Positions 7,266 through 15,522 are shown, counted from the first letter of the stretch. The stretch is 32,000 nucleotides of DNA from Chlamydiota bacterium (GCA_016196885.1 JACPWU010000038.1:30001-62000); one strand, 5' to 3'. Numbers and translations: made by a program. Notes: generated by a model not told the origin, from the letters alone.

Positions 7266-9280
7266 TGAAACGTCCCCTTTTTTATCTTTCTCTTTTCTTG
7301 GCCTCAGGCATTTTCATTGCGCATTTTCTTCCCTTTAAATTCTCTTGGTTTTTCGCTTGTGTTTTCCTTCTGGGATTGGCTTGCCTCTTTTTTGTCCAGA
7401 AAGAGAAGACAGCACATCTTCTCCTTTACGCGCTTTTCTTTTTTCTCGGTGCCACCTTGTATGACCTTCGCACTTTTTTTCCTTCCCAGTGCCGCGTGGA
7501 CCAAATTGAATTTTTAAACGGGGAAATTTTTCTTCGCGGGGAAATTCAAAGAAGTGTGGAAATGGGAGGAAGAAAAAATGCCATCATACAGGCCGCTCAG
7601 GTAAAGGATCTTGAAAATCAATGGAAGGACGTGACGGGTTCTGTCTTGGTCAGGTTGCCAGAAAAAATCAAAGAGAATACAATGTATTCTCTTTGCGACT
7701 CGACCCTTTCAGGCAAAGTCATCAGGACCCCTTTTTCAAATGCTTCAAATTCTTCTGGATTTGACGAATGGTTAAAGGCCAATGGGATTTCCTTGGTGGT
7801 GGAGGTTTCAGATCCTAAAGATATTCAGGTCCAGGAAGGCCTTCGTCTCCATGGGGTGAAGCGCCTTCTCACTTCATTAAGGAATTGGGGCGCCGATCAT
7901 TTGACGCGGGGGCTTCCCGCAGATTCTTCTCTTTCCCATTTGTTGCTCGCGATGTTTTTGGGGATTCGAGAAAACTTGGGCACAGAGGTGAAAAACGCCT
8001 TTCTTTATACCAATACGGTTCACATCTTGTCTATTTCAGGTCTTCATCTGGGAATGATTTTGGCGATGGTGTTATTTGGGGTGGGCCTTTTTCCTGTTTC
8101 TAAAAGATGGGCTTCTGGAATCGCCTTGTTCATCATTTGGATTTATGCACTTTTGACGGGGATGGAACCTCCTATTGTCCGATCGGCCATCATGGCCTCT
8201 TTTTTTCTGGTGGGGCGCCTTGCGAGAATGAAAACGGATTTGGCGAATGCCTTGGGAGGAGCTGCCCTCTTGATGTTGATTGTCAATCCTCTTTCCCTTT
8301 TGGATATTGGATTCCAACTTTCCTTTTTATGCATGCTGTCCCTCGTTTTTCTCACGCCCAAAGTCGAAAAGGATTTTGAGCCCATCCATGGAATATTTTT
8401 TAAGACGCCCCTTGTTTTTTTATCGAGCTGGGAGAAAAATCTCTCTCGAGGATTTAATATGTTTATTAAAATTTTGAGTGGGTCGTGCGCGGTTTGGATA
8501 GGGGTGCTTCCCCTGATCGCCTATCATTTTCAGATTTTCTCACCCGTCACAGTTCTTGCAAATGTGATCGCTGTTCCTTGGACGAGCATGATCATGACAT
8601 TGGGATTTGCCAGTTGTGCCTTGGGCTGGATCCCAGGGGTGAGTCAAGCCTTGAATACGGTGAACGGACTTTTGCTGGGGGCCCTTGTAAAAATACTACA
8701 TTATTTTTCAAGCATCCCGGGGGCCTATCTTTTTGTCGAGCGCCCCACCTGGCTGTGGTTTTTTATTTATGATGCGGTCCTTCTCTCTTCTTTCTGGGCC
8801 AAGGGAAAAATCAAAAGTTCTTATTTTCTAATTTCTGCTTTTATTTGGGTGCCTCTTCTTTTTAAATCACCGGATCCTCATTCTTTAAGAATCAAGCTTT
8901 CGTCTCATGAGGTATCATTCCCTCAAGGGAGGGATGACCTTCAGGTATCTAAAACGTTTGATGAAAATGGAAGGTTGGAGACGATTCATTTCGAAAAAAA
9001 TTGGATTCATTGGGGTCTGAAGAATTTGGATCGGTTTTCGCCTCAAGAAAAAGGTTGGCTCGTGATGGATGATTCTTCCTCTGGGAATGAAGAGGCCCTG
9101 TTGAGGGCCGTAGATCGTCTCCCCGTGGCGGGTGTAGTTTTAGAAGACGGATCTTTTGACGCAAGCCTTTTCGCGTTGTTGAGAGACCGGGGGATCGAGA
9201 CCTTTCTCCTTCGAACAGGAATTCTCTTTGAATGGAAAACAGATGGAGAAAACTTTTGGGTTAAACGGGGTCAAACATGA
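7265..9280 (+). CDS. comEC: ComEC/Rec2 DNA internalisation channel protein, without a recognisable metallo-beta-lactamase domain
   Basis: 671 aa. N-terminal TM pair plus a DUF4131-like region, and a polytopic Competence domain (HILSISGLHLG, PPIVRSAIMA). The last ~140 aa show no HxHxDH motif. Confidence 0.85.
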   Translation: MKRPLFYLSLFLASGIFIAHFLPFKFSWFFACVFLLGLACLFFVQKEKTAHLLLYALFFFLGATLYDLRTFFPSQCRVDQIEFLNGEIFLRGEIQRSVEMGGRKNAIIQAAQVKDLENQWKDVTGSVLVRLPEKIKENTMYSLCDSTLSGKVIRTPFSNASNSSGFDEWLKANGISLVVEVSDPKDIQVQEGLRLHGVKRLLTSLRNWGADHLTRGLPADSSLSHLLLAMFLGIRENLGTEVKNAFLYTNTVHILSISGLHLGMILAMVLFGVGLFPVSKRWASGIALFIIWIYALLTGMEPPIVRSAIMASFFLVGRLARMKTDLANALGGAALLMLIVNPLSLLDIGFQLSFLCMLSLVFLTPKVEKDFEPIHGIFFKTPLVFLSSWEKNLSRGFNMFIKILSGSCAVWIGVLPLIAYHFQIFSPVTVLANVIAVPWTSMIMTLGFASCALGWIPGVSQALNTVNGLLLGALVKILHYFSSIPGAYLFVERPTWLWFFIYDAVLLSSFWAKGKIKSSYFLISAFIWVPLLFKSPDPHSLRIKLSSHEVSFPQGRDDLQVSKTFDENGRLETIHFEKNWIHWGLKNLDRFSPQEKGWLVMDDSSSGNEEALLRAVDRLPVAGVVLEDGSFDASLFALLRDRGIETFLLRTGILFEWKTDGENFWVKRGQT

Positions 9281-9298
9281 ACCTTAAAACCTGGAAAT

Positions 9299-10708
9299 TT
9301 AAACCGCTTTCACAATCGTTAATGTCATATCGTCCATCTGGGGAATTCCGCCGGTAAAGCGGGAGATGCGGGAGAGGATGTTTTGGGCAATGTCTTGCGC
9401 GCTCAGATTAAATGCGCTGTGCACGGCTTCAGCCAAGGCCTCATAACCAAATTCATTTCCCTGGGCGTCTTGGGCCTCTGTGATGCCATCGGTGTAAAGA
9501 GCCAGAATATCTCCGGGTTCTAAAATGAGACTCACTTCCTCCAGCGTGGATGTGAAAAGAGGCCCCGCGTCCATTCCTAAGACAATTCCCTGCGGCCTTA
9601 GATATTGAACCTTTGACTCCTTTCTTTCAAAGAAAACAAGAGGCTCGTGACCTGCTCGAGTCAAGGTCAGTTTCTTTCGCTTTTCATCTAAAATTAAATA
9701 GGCCAGGCTGATAAACATGTCCTGTTGAATGTCTACGAAGAGGAGACGATTCAATTCCGAGAGCACTTGCCGGGGCGAGAGTTTTCCAGGGGCAGAGCTT
9801 CTCAAGATGCTTCTCGCCATTGTCATAACGAGGGCGGCAGGAATCCCTTTTCCAGAAACATCCGCGATGACAATCCCGTATTGGCCCTCACCTACCGGAA
9901 AAAAATCATAATAATCTCCTCCGATTTCCCGGGCTGGGCGGCTTAAGCCTCCGACATCAAAGCCCGTAAGCGTAGGAAGACCGGTGGGGAGAAGGAGGCG
10001 CTGGACTTGCATGGCTGTTTTTAATTCTTTGTCTAATCTTTCCTTCTCGGCAATGGTTCGATAAAGTTTGGCATTGTGAATGGATAAAGCAGCCTGATCG
10101 GCGAGGGCCTCCCAGAGGGAAAGATCCGTTTGCGAAAAGGTTTTTCCATCTTCCTTGTTGGCGGCCGCCATGATACCCATCACTTCTTCTTTAAAGATAA
10201 GAGGAACCGCCATGAGCGTTTTCACTTTGAGAAAATCAATGACCGGCTGTGTGATGCGGGAATCTGATACAGCATCTTGAATGAGAAGCGAAGCCCTTTC
10301 CTGGGCCACCCGGCCGAAAATGCCTTCTCCGAGGGGGATTTTGAGCCGCATGATTAAGTCTTGAATGTATTTGGCCTTGGTCGCCAGTTTCGAAAGGGAC
10401 TCTATGGGAATCGCCTCAAAGATAGGAGGAAAAAGGCCGTCCACCATTCCGGCGCTGAGATAATGGTGTTCTTCATCTAGGAGAAAAATAGCGCCGGAAG
10501 AGGCATTCAAGATGCGTCTGGAACTTGTGACAATCAATCTGAAGAGCTCGTCCAATTCGTGAGGGGATGTGAGGGCATCTCCGACTTCTCGGATGAAATG
10601 AAGGACAACCTCTTTCTCTTGGGAAAGCAATTGATGTGCCTTTCGAAGTTCAGAAAGAGAAAGCCAGGTGCGATGACAGAGCAAAGAGAGGAGAATGAGT
10701 CCGATCAA
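9299..10708 (-). CDS. GAF-domain PP2C (SpoIIE/RsbU-type) serine phosphatase
   Basis: N-terminal TM segment, central GAF-like region, and a C-terminal SpoIIE domain with GGDYYDF, ADVSGKGIPAAL, YTDGITEA and DDMTL. The first canonical start is the TTG at 10708. The frame stays open 15 codons further upstream, back to a TAAGGAG. Confidence 0.85.
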   Translation of the reverse strand: MIGLILLSLLCHRTWLSLSELRKAHQLLSQEKEVVLHFIREVGDALTSPHELDELFRLIVTSSRRILNASSGAIFLLDEEHHYLSAGMVDGLFPPIFEAIPIESLSKLATKAKYIQDLIMRLKIPLGEGIFGRVAQERASLLIQDAVSDSRITQPVIDFLKVKTLMAVPLIFKEEVMGIMAAANKEDGKTFSQTDLSLWEALADQAALSIHNAKLYRTIAEKERLDKELKTAMQVQRLLLPTGLPTLTGFDVGGLSRPAREIGGDYYDFFPVGEGQYGIVIADVSGKGIPAALVMTMARSILRSSAPGKLSPRQVLSELNRLLFVDIQQDMFISLAYLILDEKRKKLTLTRAGHEPLVFFERKESKVQYLRPQGIVLGMDAGPLFTSTLEEVSLILEPGDILALYTDGITEAQDAQGNEFGYEALAEAVHSAFNLSAQDIAQNILSRISRFTGGIPQMDDMTLTIVKAV

Positions 10709-10763
10709 CGATAAGGCTAAAATAAGAGAATGAAAAGCGATTTTAGGGACTCCTTATGAAAGA

Positions 10764-10955
10764 CAATTGAAAATTAATAATGGATCATTAAAAATTATTG
10801 GCATATGCACTTGATTCCCCTTAGATAGCAAGCGCCATGGCAAGAAGTTGTAGTCACCCCATTCATGGGGCTGTGCCCCTTGCATGGGTTTGCCCGATGA
10901 ATCGGGCGACTACAAAGGGGAATCAAGTGCATATGCCTATTATTAATTTTCAATT
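10764..10955. repeat. Composite nested palindrome (MITE-like island) between the STAS and PP2C genes
   Basis: Perfect 17-bp outer inverted repeat: AATTGAAAATTAATAAT (10765-10781) with ATTATTAATTTTCAATT (10939-10955). Perfect 23-bp inner inverted repeat: GGCATATGCACTTGATTCCCCTT (10800-10822) with 10915-10937. The GC-rich REP-like core sits at 10850-10913. Confidence 0.85.
10850..10913. repeat. REP-like multi-hairpin module, copy 1 (three hairpin units)
   Basis: GTAGTC [ACCCCA ttca TGGGGC] tgt [GCCCCT tgca TGGGTT] t [GCCCGA tgaa TCGGGC] GACTAC. The clamp and units match copy 2 at 24943-24987. Confidence 0.8.
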
Positions 10956-10958
10956 CTG

Positions 10959-11456
10959 TTATCCCTTGTTCTTGTTAATCTCTTCCTTTAAATATTCATA
11001 CACATCTTTAAATTTTATTTTATTCTCTTCAGAGATTTCCATGAGAACCGCATGGGCCTTGAGCATTTCTTGCGCCGTGTTTGATTTTGAGGTTTCTACG
11101 GCGGGAAGTGTTTCAAGCTGGACAGGTTCTTCTAACTCATGGGGAACGATGTTTAAAAAAATGTGAATGCCAAGCGTGGTGAGGAGTTGCAGATTGTGTT
11201 CTTCTACGTGGAAGAGCGTTATTTTTTTCTGATATTTATTTTTCAGCTGTAAGGCAGTCCCGGCCAAAACACCCATGAAAGTGCTGTCCATCGTCTTACA
11301 TTCTTTGAGATCAATCAAAAAATCTGTCAGCCCTTTTTCCATCATGGTATTGATGAAATCTTTCAGTGCCTGGCTGTTCAAAAAATCGCCACGTCCTTTG
11401 ACTTTGACAAAAACTTTTTGATGGGTGGTTCCGACTTCAATGGCCCCTGTTTCCAT
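10959..11456 (-). CDS. STAS-domain protein (anti-sigma-factor-antagonist-like) with a ~60 aa C-terminal extension
   Basis: 165 aa. VKVKGRGDFLNSQALKDFI...FLIDLKECKTMDSTFMGVLAG fits the STAS fold, with Ser/Thr at the usual phospho-site position. Lies upstream of the PP2C gene on the same strand. Confidence 0.7.
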   Translation of the reverse strand: METGAIEVGTTHQKVFVKVKGRGDFLNSQALKDFINTMMEKGLTDFLIDLKECKTMDSTFMGVLAGTALQLKNKYQKKITLFHVEEHNLQLLTTLGIHIFLNIVPHELEEPVQLETLPAVETSKSNTAQEMLKAHAVLMEISEENKIKFKDVYEYLKEEINKNKG

Positions 11457-11523
11457 GTTGCTTTCCTATGGTCTTTCTTTTCAATAAAGAATAAAATGTA
11501 GAGTCTAATTTGGGAACAAACGT

Positions 11524-13122
11524 ATGTTAAGCCCTTGTTCAAAAAAGCGCAATGTAAAATTTTGGGATGTGAAACTTTTCACGAAATGCGCCTTCTCTCT
11601 TTTATGGATTCTCACTTTATGCCCCTTTACCTTTTCTGAAGAGTCCACTCAAGCTCAAAAAGGAAAATCTTATTTTGAAGCGGGAGAGTGGAACAAGGCC
11701 CTCCCATGTTATAACCAGGCCATTCAAGAAAATCCGAACGATCAGGGAAGTTTCTTCATGTTAGGTAAGCTCTATTTCTCGCGAGGAGACTATTTTCAAG
11801 CCATGCGACAGTTTTGGGAGGTTTTGCGCCTGGCGCCGGATCATGCGGGGGCGGAGGCCTGGCTTGGGGTTTGCTTCTTAAAAAGAGGATTTCCCGATCA
11901 GGCCAAAACGCATGTGGGGCGAGCCTATGATTTAGATACCGACGATTGGCAATCGCTTTGGGCCATGGGGGAACTTTCTTTAGCTCAGAAAGATTTTAAG
12001 AAGGCGGAAGAATTCCTGAGGGAGGCGCTCAACAAAAATCCAGATCATCCTCAGGTGTATCTGAGCGTGGCAGAAGTCTTTCAGGATTTGGGACAATGGG
12101 ACGAGGCCGAAAAGGCCATTCACGTAGCCTCTTTTCATGGGGCGGATCCCCTACTTGTGGATTTGGCGACGGCCCGTTTTGCATTTGGGAAGAAAGATTT
12201 TAAGGCCGCGCGAGATGCGTATTTGAAAGTGCTTCAAGGAAACCCTCAAAATTTTGAAGCCCGAAAAAATTTGGGCATGACCTATGAAATTTTGCGAGAG
12301 TGGAACCATGCGATTCGGCAGTATGAAATTTATTTAAAAGATTATCCTGACGACGAAGATACCTTGAATTCTCTGGGTCTTGTTTTTTTAAGGAAGCGGG
12401 CCTATGACGAGGCGCTTCGCTCTTTCTCCAGGGCGAGTGAAGTCAATCCCAAAAATGTTTGGGTGCTTAACAACCTGGCGATTGTCCTACGGAAATTAAA
12501 CCGGATGGACGAGGCTATTCAGATGCATCAAAGGGCCATTCAATTAGAGCCGATGAATGCAGCCTTGCATTGCAATTTGGGTAATACTTATTTTGAGGGA
12601 AAGAATTATTTGGCGGCGGTGGTTGCCTATGAGAAAGGGCTTAAGGTAGATCCCCCATACAGCAGGATTTTCAGAAAGTTGGGTCTTTCCTATCTTTATT
12701 TGGGTAATTTGGAGAATGCCCTTCTCTATTTGAAAAAGGCTCAAGAAGGGAACCCCGCGGATCTCAAGATCATGGATGATTTGGGAATGACCCTGATGAA
12801 AAAGGGGGATTTCACAGGAGCCATTGAGTGGTTTAGAAAGGCATTGGAGGGAGAGGCTGGCAAAAGCTCTTTTTATTTTCATTTGGGGGAGGCCTTGCGC
12901 CGGTTAGGAAATTTTAATGAGTCCCTGACGAACTTTCAAAAGGCCTTGGAATTGAACCCTCGCAGTGCTTTTCTTTGTGAGGCGTTAGGAGATTTGAATC
13001 GTATTCATCTGAGAAATCGATTAGAGGCGGTGGTCTATTATCAAAAGGCGCTTTTGCTTTACAAATCATCGGTCGATCAAGAAAGAGTAAAACGAAAACT
13101 AGATCGATCGAGGACACATTGA
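11524..13122 (+). CDS. Secreted tetratricopeptide-repeat protein
   Basis: 532 aa. Hydrophobic N-terminal signal, then more than 10 recognisable 34-aa TPR units (A/G/Y/W/P pattern, for example GDYFQAMRQFWEVLRLAPDHAGA). Confidence 0.8.
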   Translation: MLSPCSKKRNVKFWDVKLFTKCAFSLLWILTLCPFTFSEESTQAQKGKSYFEAGEWNKALPCYNQAIQENPNDQGSFFMLGKLYFSRGDYFQAMRQFWEVLRLAPDHAGAEAWLGVCFLKRGFPDQAKTHVGRAYDLDTDDWQSLWAMGELSLAQKDFKKAEEFLREALNKNPDHPQVYLSVAEVFQDLGQWDEAEKAIHVASFHGADPLLVDLATARFAFGKKDFKAARDAYLKVLQGNPQNFEARKNLGMTYEILREWNHAIRQYEIYLKDYPDDEDTLNSLGLVFLRKRAYDEALRSFSRASEVNPKNVWVLNNLAIVLRKLNRMDEAIQMHQRAIQLEPMNAALHCNLGNTYFEGKNYLAAVVAYEKGLKVDPPYSRIFRKLGLSYLYLGNLENALLYLKKAQEGNPADLKIMDDLGMTLMKKGDFTGAIEWFRKALEGEAGKSSFYFHLGEALRRLGNFNESLTNFQKALELNPRSAFLCEALGDLNRIHLRNRLEAVVYYQKALLLYKSSVDQERVKRKLDRSRTH

Positions 13123-13143
13123 AGAAAGGAGAAAAATAAAAAA

Positions 13144-13554
13144 ATGAAGCAATGTCTCATGTTAGGTGTCATGTCTGTGATTGCTTTAATGATGGCAGGT
13201 TGCAGTGATTTTGAGGATCCGACGAAGAAAATAAGTTTGGAGACGGTGGTAGGAGGAGGTCCTTCCCTGAAGCTGGGAATGACAAAAGATGAGGTGAAGG
13301 CGAGCTGGGGAAATCCGGACAATGTCAAGGCGACCGGAGAAAATCGATGGGGAGCTCCTAGGGAAGAGTGGACGTATCACGCTTGGTTTCCCGTGGTTCC
13401 CGTGAATTATAAATATGTTTCTAAGGGCCGGCGTCTTTTCTTTGAGGGAGATGCCTTGGTGAAGTGGGAGGAGACTGAAGTAGAACAAACGAAGACAGAA
13501 GACAGAGGTCAGAAGACAGAGACTTCAACGAAGGAACCAGAAACTCAAAATTAA
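13144..13554 (+). CDS. BamE/SmpA-OmlA-like lipoprotein with a low-complexity tail
   Basis: Lipobox LMMAGC, and GMTKDEVKASWGNPDNV typical of the SmpA_OmlA domain. The C-terminal tail TKTEDRGQKTETSTKEPETQN is encoded by heptamer arrays. Confidence 0.65.
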   Translation: MKQCLMLGVMSVIALMMAGCSDFEDPTKKISLETVVGGGPSLKLGMTKDEVKASWGNPDNVKATGENRWGAPREEWTYHAWFPVVPVNYKYVSKGRRLFFEGDALVKWEETEVEQTKTEDRGQKTETSTKEPETQN

Positions 13555-13574
13555 AAACTCAAAACTTGAAACTG
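13489..13574. repeat. Two adjacent unpaired heptamer arrays H2 (CAGAAGN-type, then AAAACTN)
   Basis: 13489-13523: acgaaga cagaaga cagaggt cagaaga cagagac. 13540-13574: gaaactc aaaatta aaaactc aaaactt gaaactg. No complementary arm nearby. The arrays span the stop of the lipoprotein gene and the TTG start of the next gene. Confidence 0.8.
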
Positions 13575-15074
13575 AGTGTCGGGCGCCATTTAGTCATTGG
13601 CATTCATGGAATAAAAGTAGACCCAAGGTTGAAATCTTTTTTGAAAAAGATTCAACCTTCGGGTCTTATTTTTTTCTCAAGGAATATTGTTTCACTTGAG
13701 CAATTCCGTTCTTTCCTTTCTGATTTAAGAGAAGGGGTGGGTGAGGAAGTTTTTTTTGCCTTGGATCACGAAGGAGGATGGGTCGAGAGATTTTCGCATG
13801 AGAGTGAAAAAGGACTTTCTCTGACCTCTTTTCCAGGAAATACGGCTTTAGGAAAGGCGGGACGGCTGGACTGGGCTCATGATCAGGGCCGCACGATGGC
13901 CGCCCAGCTTAAGGCGCTCGGCGTTCAGGTGAATTTTGCCCCTGTTTTGGATGTGTTATGTGATAGGAGCGACAATTCTGGGATTGGGATTCGGTCTTTT
14001 GGGAAGGATCCTGATCTTGTAGCAAATTTAGGTGAGGCCATGATTCGCGGCCTTCAGGAAAATGGGATCGCTGCGACCGCCAAGCATTTTCCTGGGCACG
14101 GTCCCTGTCGGATAGATCCTCACGATCAATTGCCTTATGTCAGGGCTTCTCAAAGGGAATTGGAAGAAATTCATTTAAGGCCTTTTCGCAAGGCGGTGGA
14201 TGCGGATGTGACCTTCGTGATGACGAGCCATGGGGTTTTCTCCGAATGGGATGAACTCCCCACCACTTTTTCAAGCCACATCGTGCAAGGAATTTTGAGA
14301 AAAGAGTTGTCTTTTCAAAATATTATTTTGTCCGACGATTTGGAAATGGGAGCGATGACGAAGAGATTTTCATTTCAGGAAATGGTTCTTCGTCCTCTTC
14401 AAGCGGGCCATGATTTTATTTTGATTTGTCATGATGCAAATCGGATCCGCGAGGCACATCAAATTTTAGAAAAGGCTTATGATGAGAAGCTTTTTCAATT
14501 CGAGAATTTAGAGAAAAGTATTTTGAGATTGAAAGAAGTGATGAAATCTTTTTCTGGGAAAGAGGTGAGGACTCTTGAGAATCCCAAGGGATTGGCCTCT
14601 CAAATTGCGAAGGGATCGGTAGAGCTTGTTCAAAGAGGGAAAGTGGCAGGAAGAGAAAGAGCGATTGTTTTTATTCCAGATTTTCATCGGCTTTCGGAAC
14701 GCTATTTTTTTGAAGCCCGGCTTCTCGATTCGTCCTCTTTTTTTGAGATGTGTTTTTCCGATTTTGGGCAGACCCTTGAAAAAATAGTTTTGAATTTAGA
14801 AAGGGGTTTACCAGATTCCTTCTTTTCAAAATGGTCTTCACAAGACCCCGCGGTCTTTTTTTGCTTCGATGCCCATGGGTCTTCTTCGGAAAAGAAGGTA
14901 TTGCAGGATTTTCAAAAACATTTTAAAAAGGGTGCAGTTATTTTGCTCAAAAATCCTTTGGATTTGAAATACGTGGCAAAGGAAGTCCCTTGCATTCAGA
15001 CCTATGGTTTTCGATGTTGTCAGATTAAACAGGCGATAGAAGTTTTAAATACGGCAATGAAAATGAGTCCATAG
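13566..15074 (+). CDS. nagZ: Glycoside hydrolase family 3 beta-N-acetylhexosaminidase (NagZ-like) with an extra ~170 aa C-terminal region
   Basis: KHFPGHG, SDDLEMGA and FAPVLDV motifs of the GH3 N-terminal domain. The only in-frame start near the conserved N-terminus is the TTG at 13566, inside the repeat and without an SD. Confidence 0.8.
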   Translation: MKLSVGRHLVIGIHGIKVDPRLKSFLKKIQPSGLIFFSRNIVSLEQFRSFLSDLREGVGEEVFFALDHEGGWVERFSHESEKGLSLTSFPGNTALGKAGRLDWAHDQGRTMAAQLKALGVQVNFAPVLDVLCDRSDNSGIGIRSFGKDPDLVANLGEAMIRGLQENGIAATAKHFPGHGPCRIDPHDQLPYVRASQRELEEIHLRPFRKAVDADVTFVMTSHGVFSEWDELPTTFSSHIVQGILRKELSFQNIILSDDLEMGAMTKRFSFQEMVLRPLQAGHDFILICHDANRIREAHQILEKAYDEKLFQFENLEKSILRLKEVMKSFSGKEVRTLENPKGLASQIAKGSVELVQRGKVAGRERAIVFIPDFHRLSERYFFEARLLDSSSFFEMCFSDFGQTLEKIVLNLERGLPDSFFSKWSSQDPAVFFCFDAHGSSSEKKVLQDFQKHFKKGAVILLKNPLDLKYVAKEVPCIQTYGFRCCQIKQAIEVLNTAMKMSP

Positions 15075-15152
15075 TCCACGGTCCATAGTCCATAGAAATA
15101 AATGATTCCTTTAAAGCTGTGGACTATTGACTATGGACTGTAGACTGTTTTT
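15067..15152 (+). terminator. Heptamer-array hairpin H3 (word GTCCATA) acting as a rho-independent terminator
   Basis: Left arm gtccata gtccacg gtccata gtccata (15067-15094), 22-nt loop, right arm ctgtgga ctattga ctatgga ctgtaga ctg (15117-15147), then TTTTT (15148-15152). The nagZ-like TAG stop lies inside the first unit. Confidence 0.7.
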
Positions 15153-15202
15153 ATCCACTTGAGTGGACGAAAGTTTGTGGAGAAGGTTATTGAGTAAATA
15201 AT

Positions 15203-15430
15203 ATGAAAATTTATAAGAGAGCTATTTACAATAGGTTACAGATTAGACTGGCCGAGTCAAGAGGGCTGATCCAAGTGTTAATAGGCTCTCGGCAAGTGGG
15301 AAAAACAACATGGGTCGGGTAGGTATTGGAGCTTATTCAAGAGCCCACCCATTTTGTTTCTGCGGACGAGCCGACACTTCACGATCGGGTCTGGCTTGAG
15401 GAACAGTGGAATCGCGCTAGCCCTACAGCC
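15203..15430 (+). pseudogene. Decayed N-terminal fragment of an AAA-family ATPase (AAA_14 / DUF4143-type)
   Basis: MKIYKRAIYNRLQIRLAESRGLIQVLIGSRQVGKTTWVG, then an in-frame TAG (15320-15322), then VLELIQEPTHFVSADEPTLHDRVWLEEQWNRA in the same frame. Walker A is present. The remaining ~300 aa of such proteins are missing. Confidence 0.6.
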
Positions 15431-15463
15431 ATTTCGCTAGACTTTTTTTATTTTCCATTTTTA

Positions 15464-15492
15464 TTGACATTCGTAAGCGCCCTTCATATAGT
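15464..15492 (+). promoter_or_regulatory. Putative sigma70-type promoter of the rplU-rpmA-obg operon
   Basis: TTGACA (15464-15469), 17-nt spacer, TATAGT (15487-15492). SD GGAGAG at 15513-15518 and the rplU ATG at 15523. Confidence 0.55.
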
Positions 15493-15522
15493 AAAACCCA
15501 CATTTTCATTTCGGAGAGCTTT

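Noticed and set aside
10837-11166. 109-aa + strand ORF (MARSCSHPIHGAVPLAWVCPMNRATTKG...)
   Set aside because: Its N-terminus is a literal translation of the REP-like palindrome. The rest is antisense to the well-supported STAS gene.
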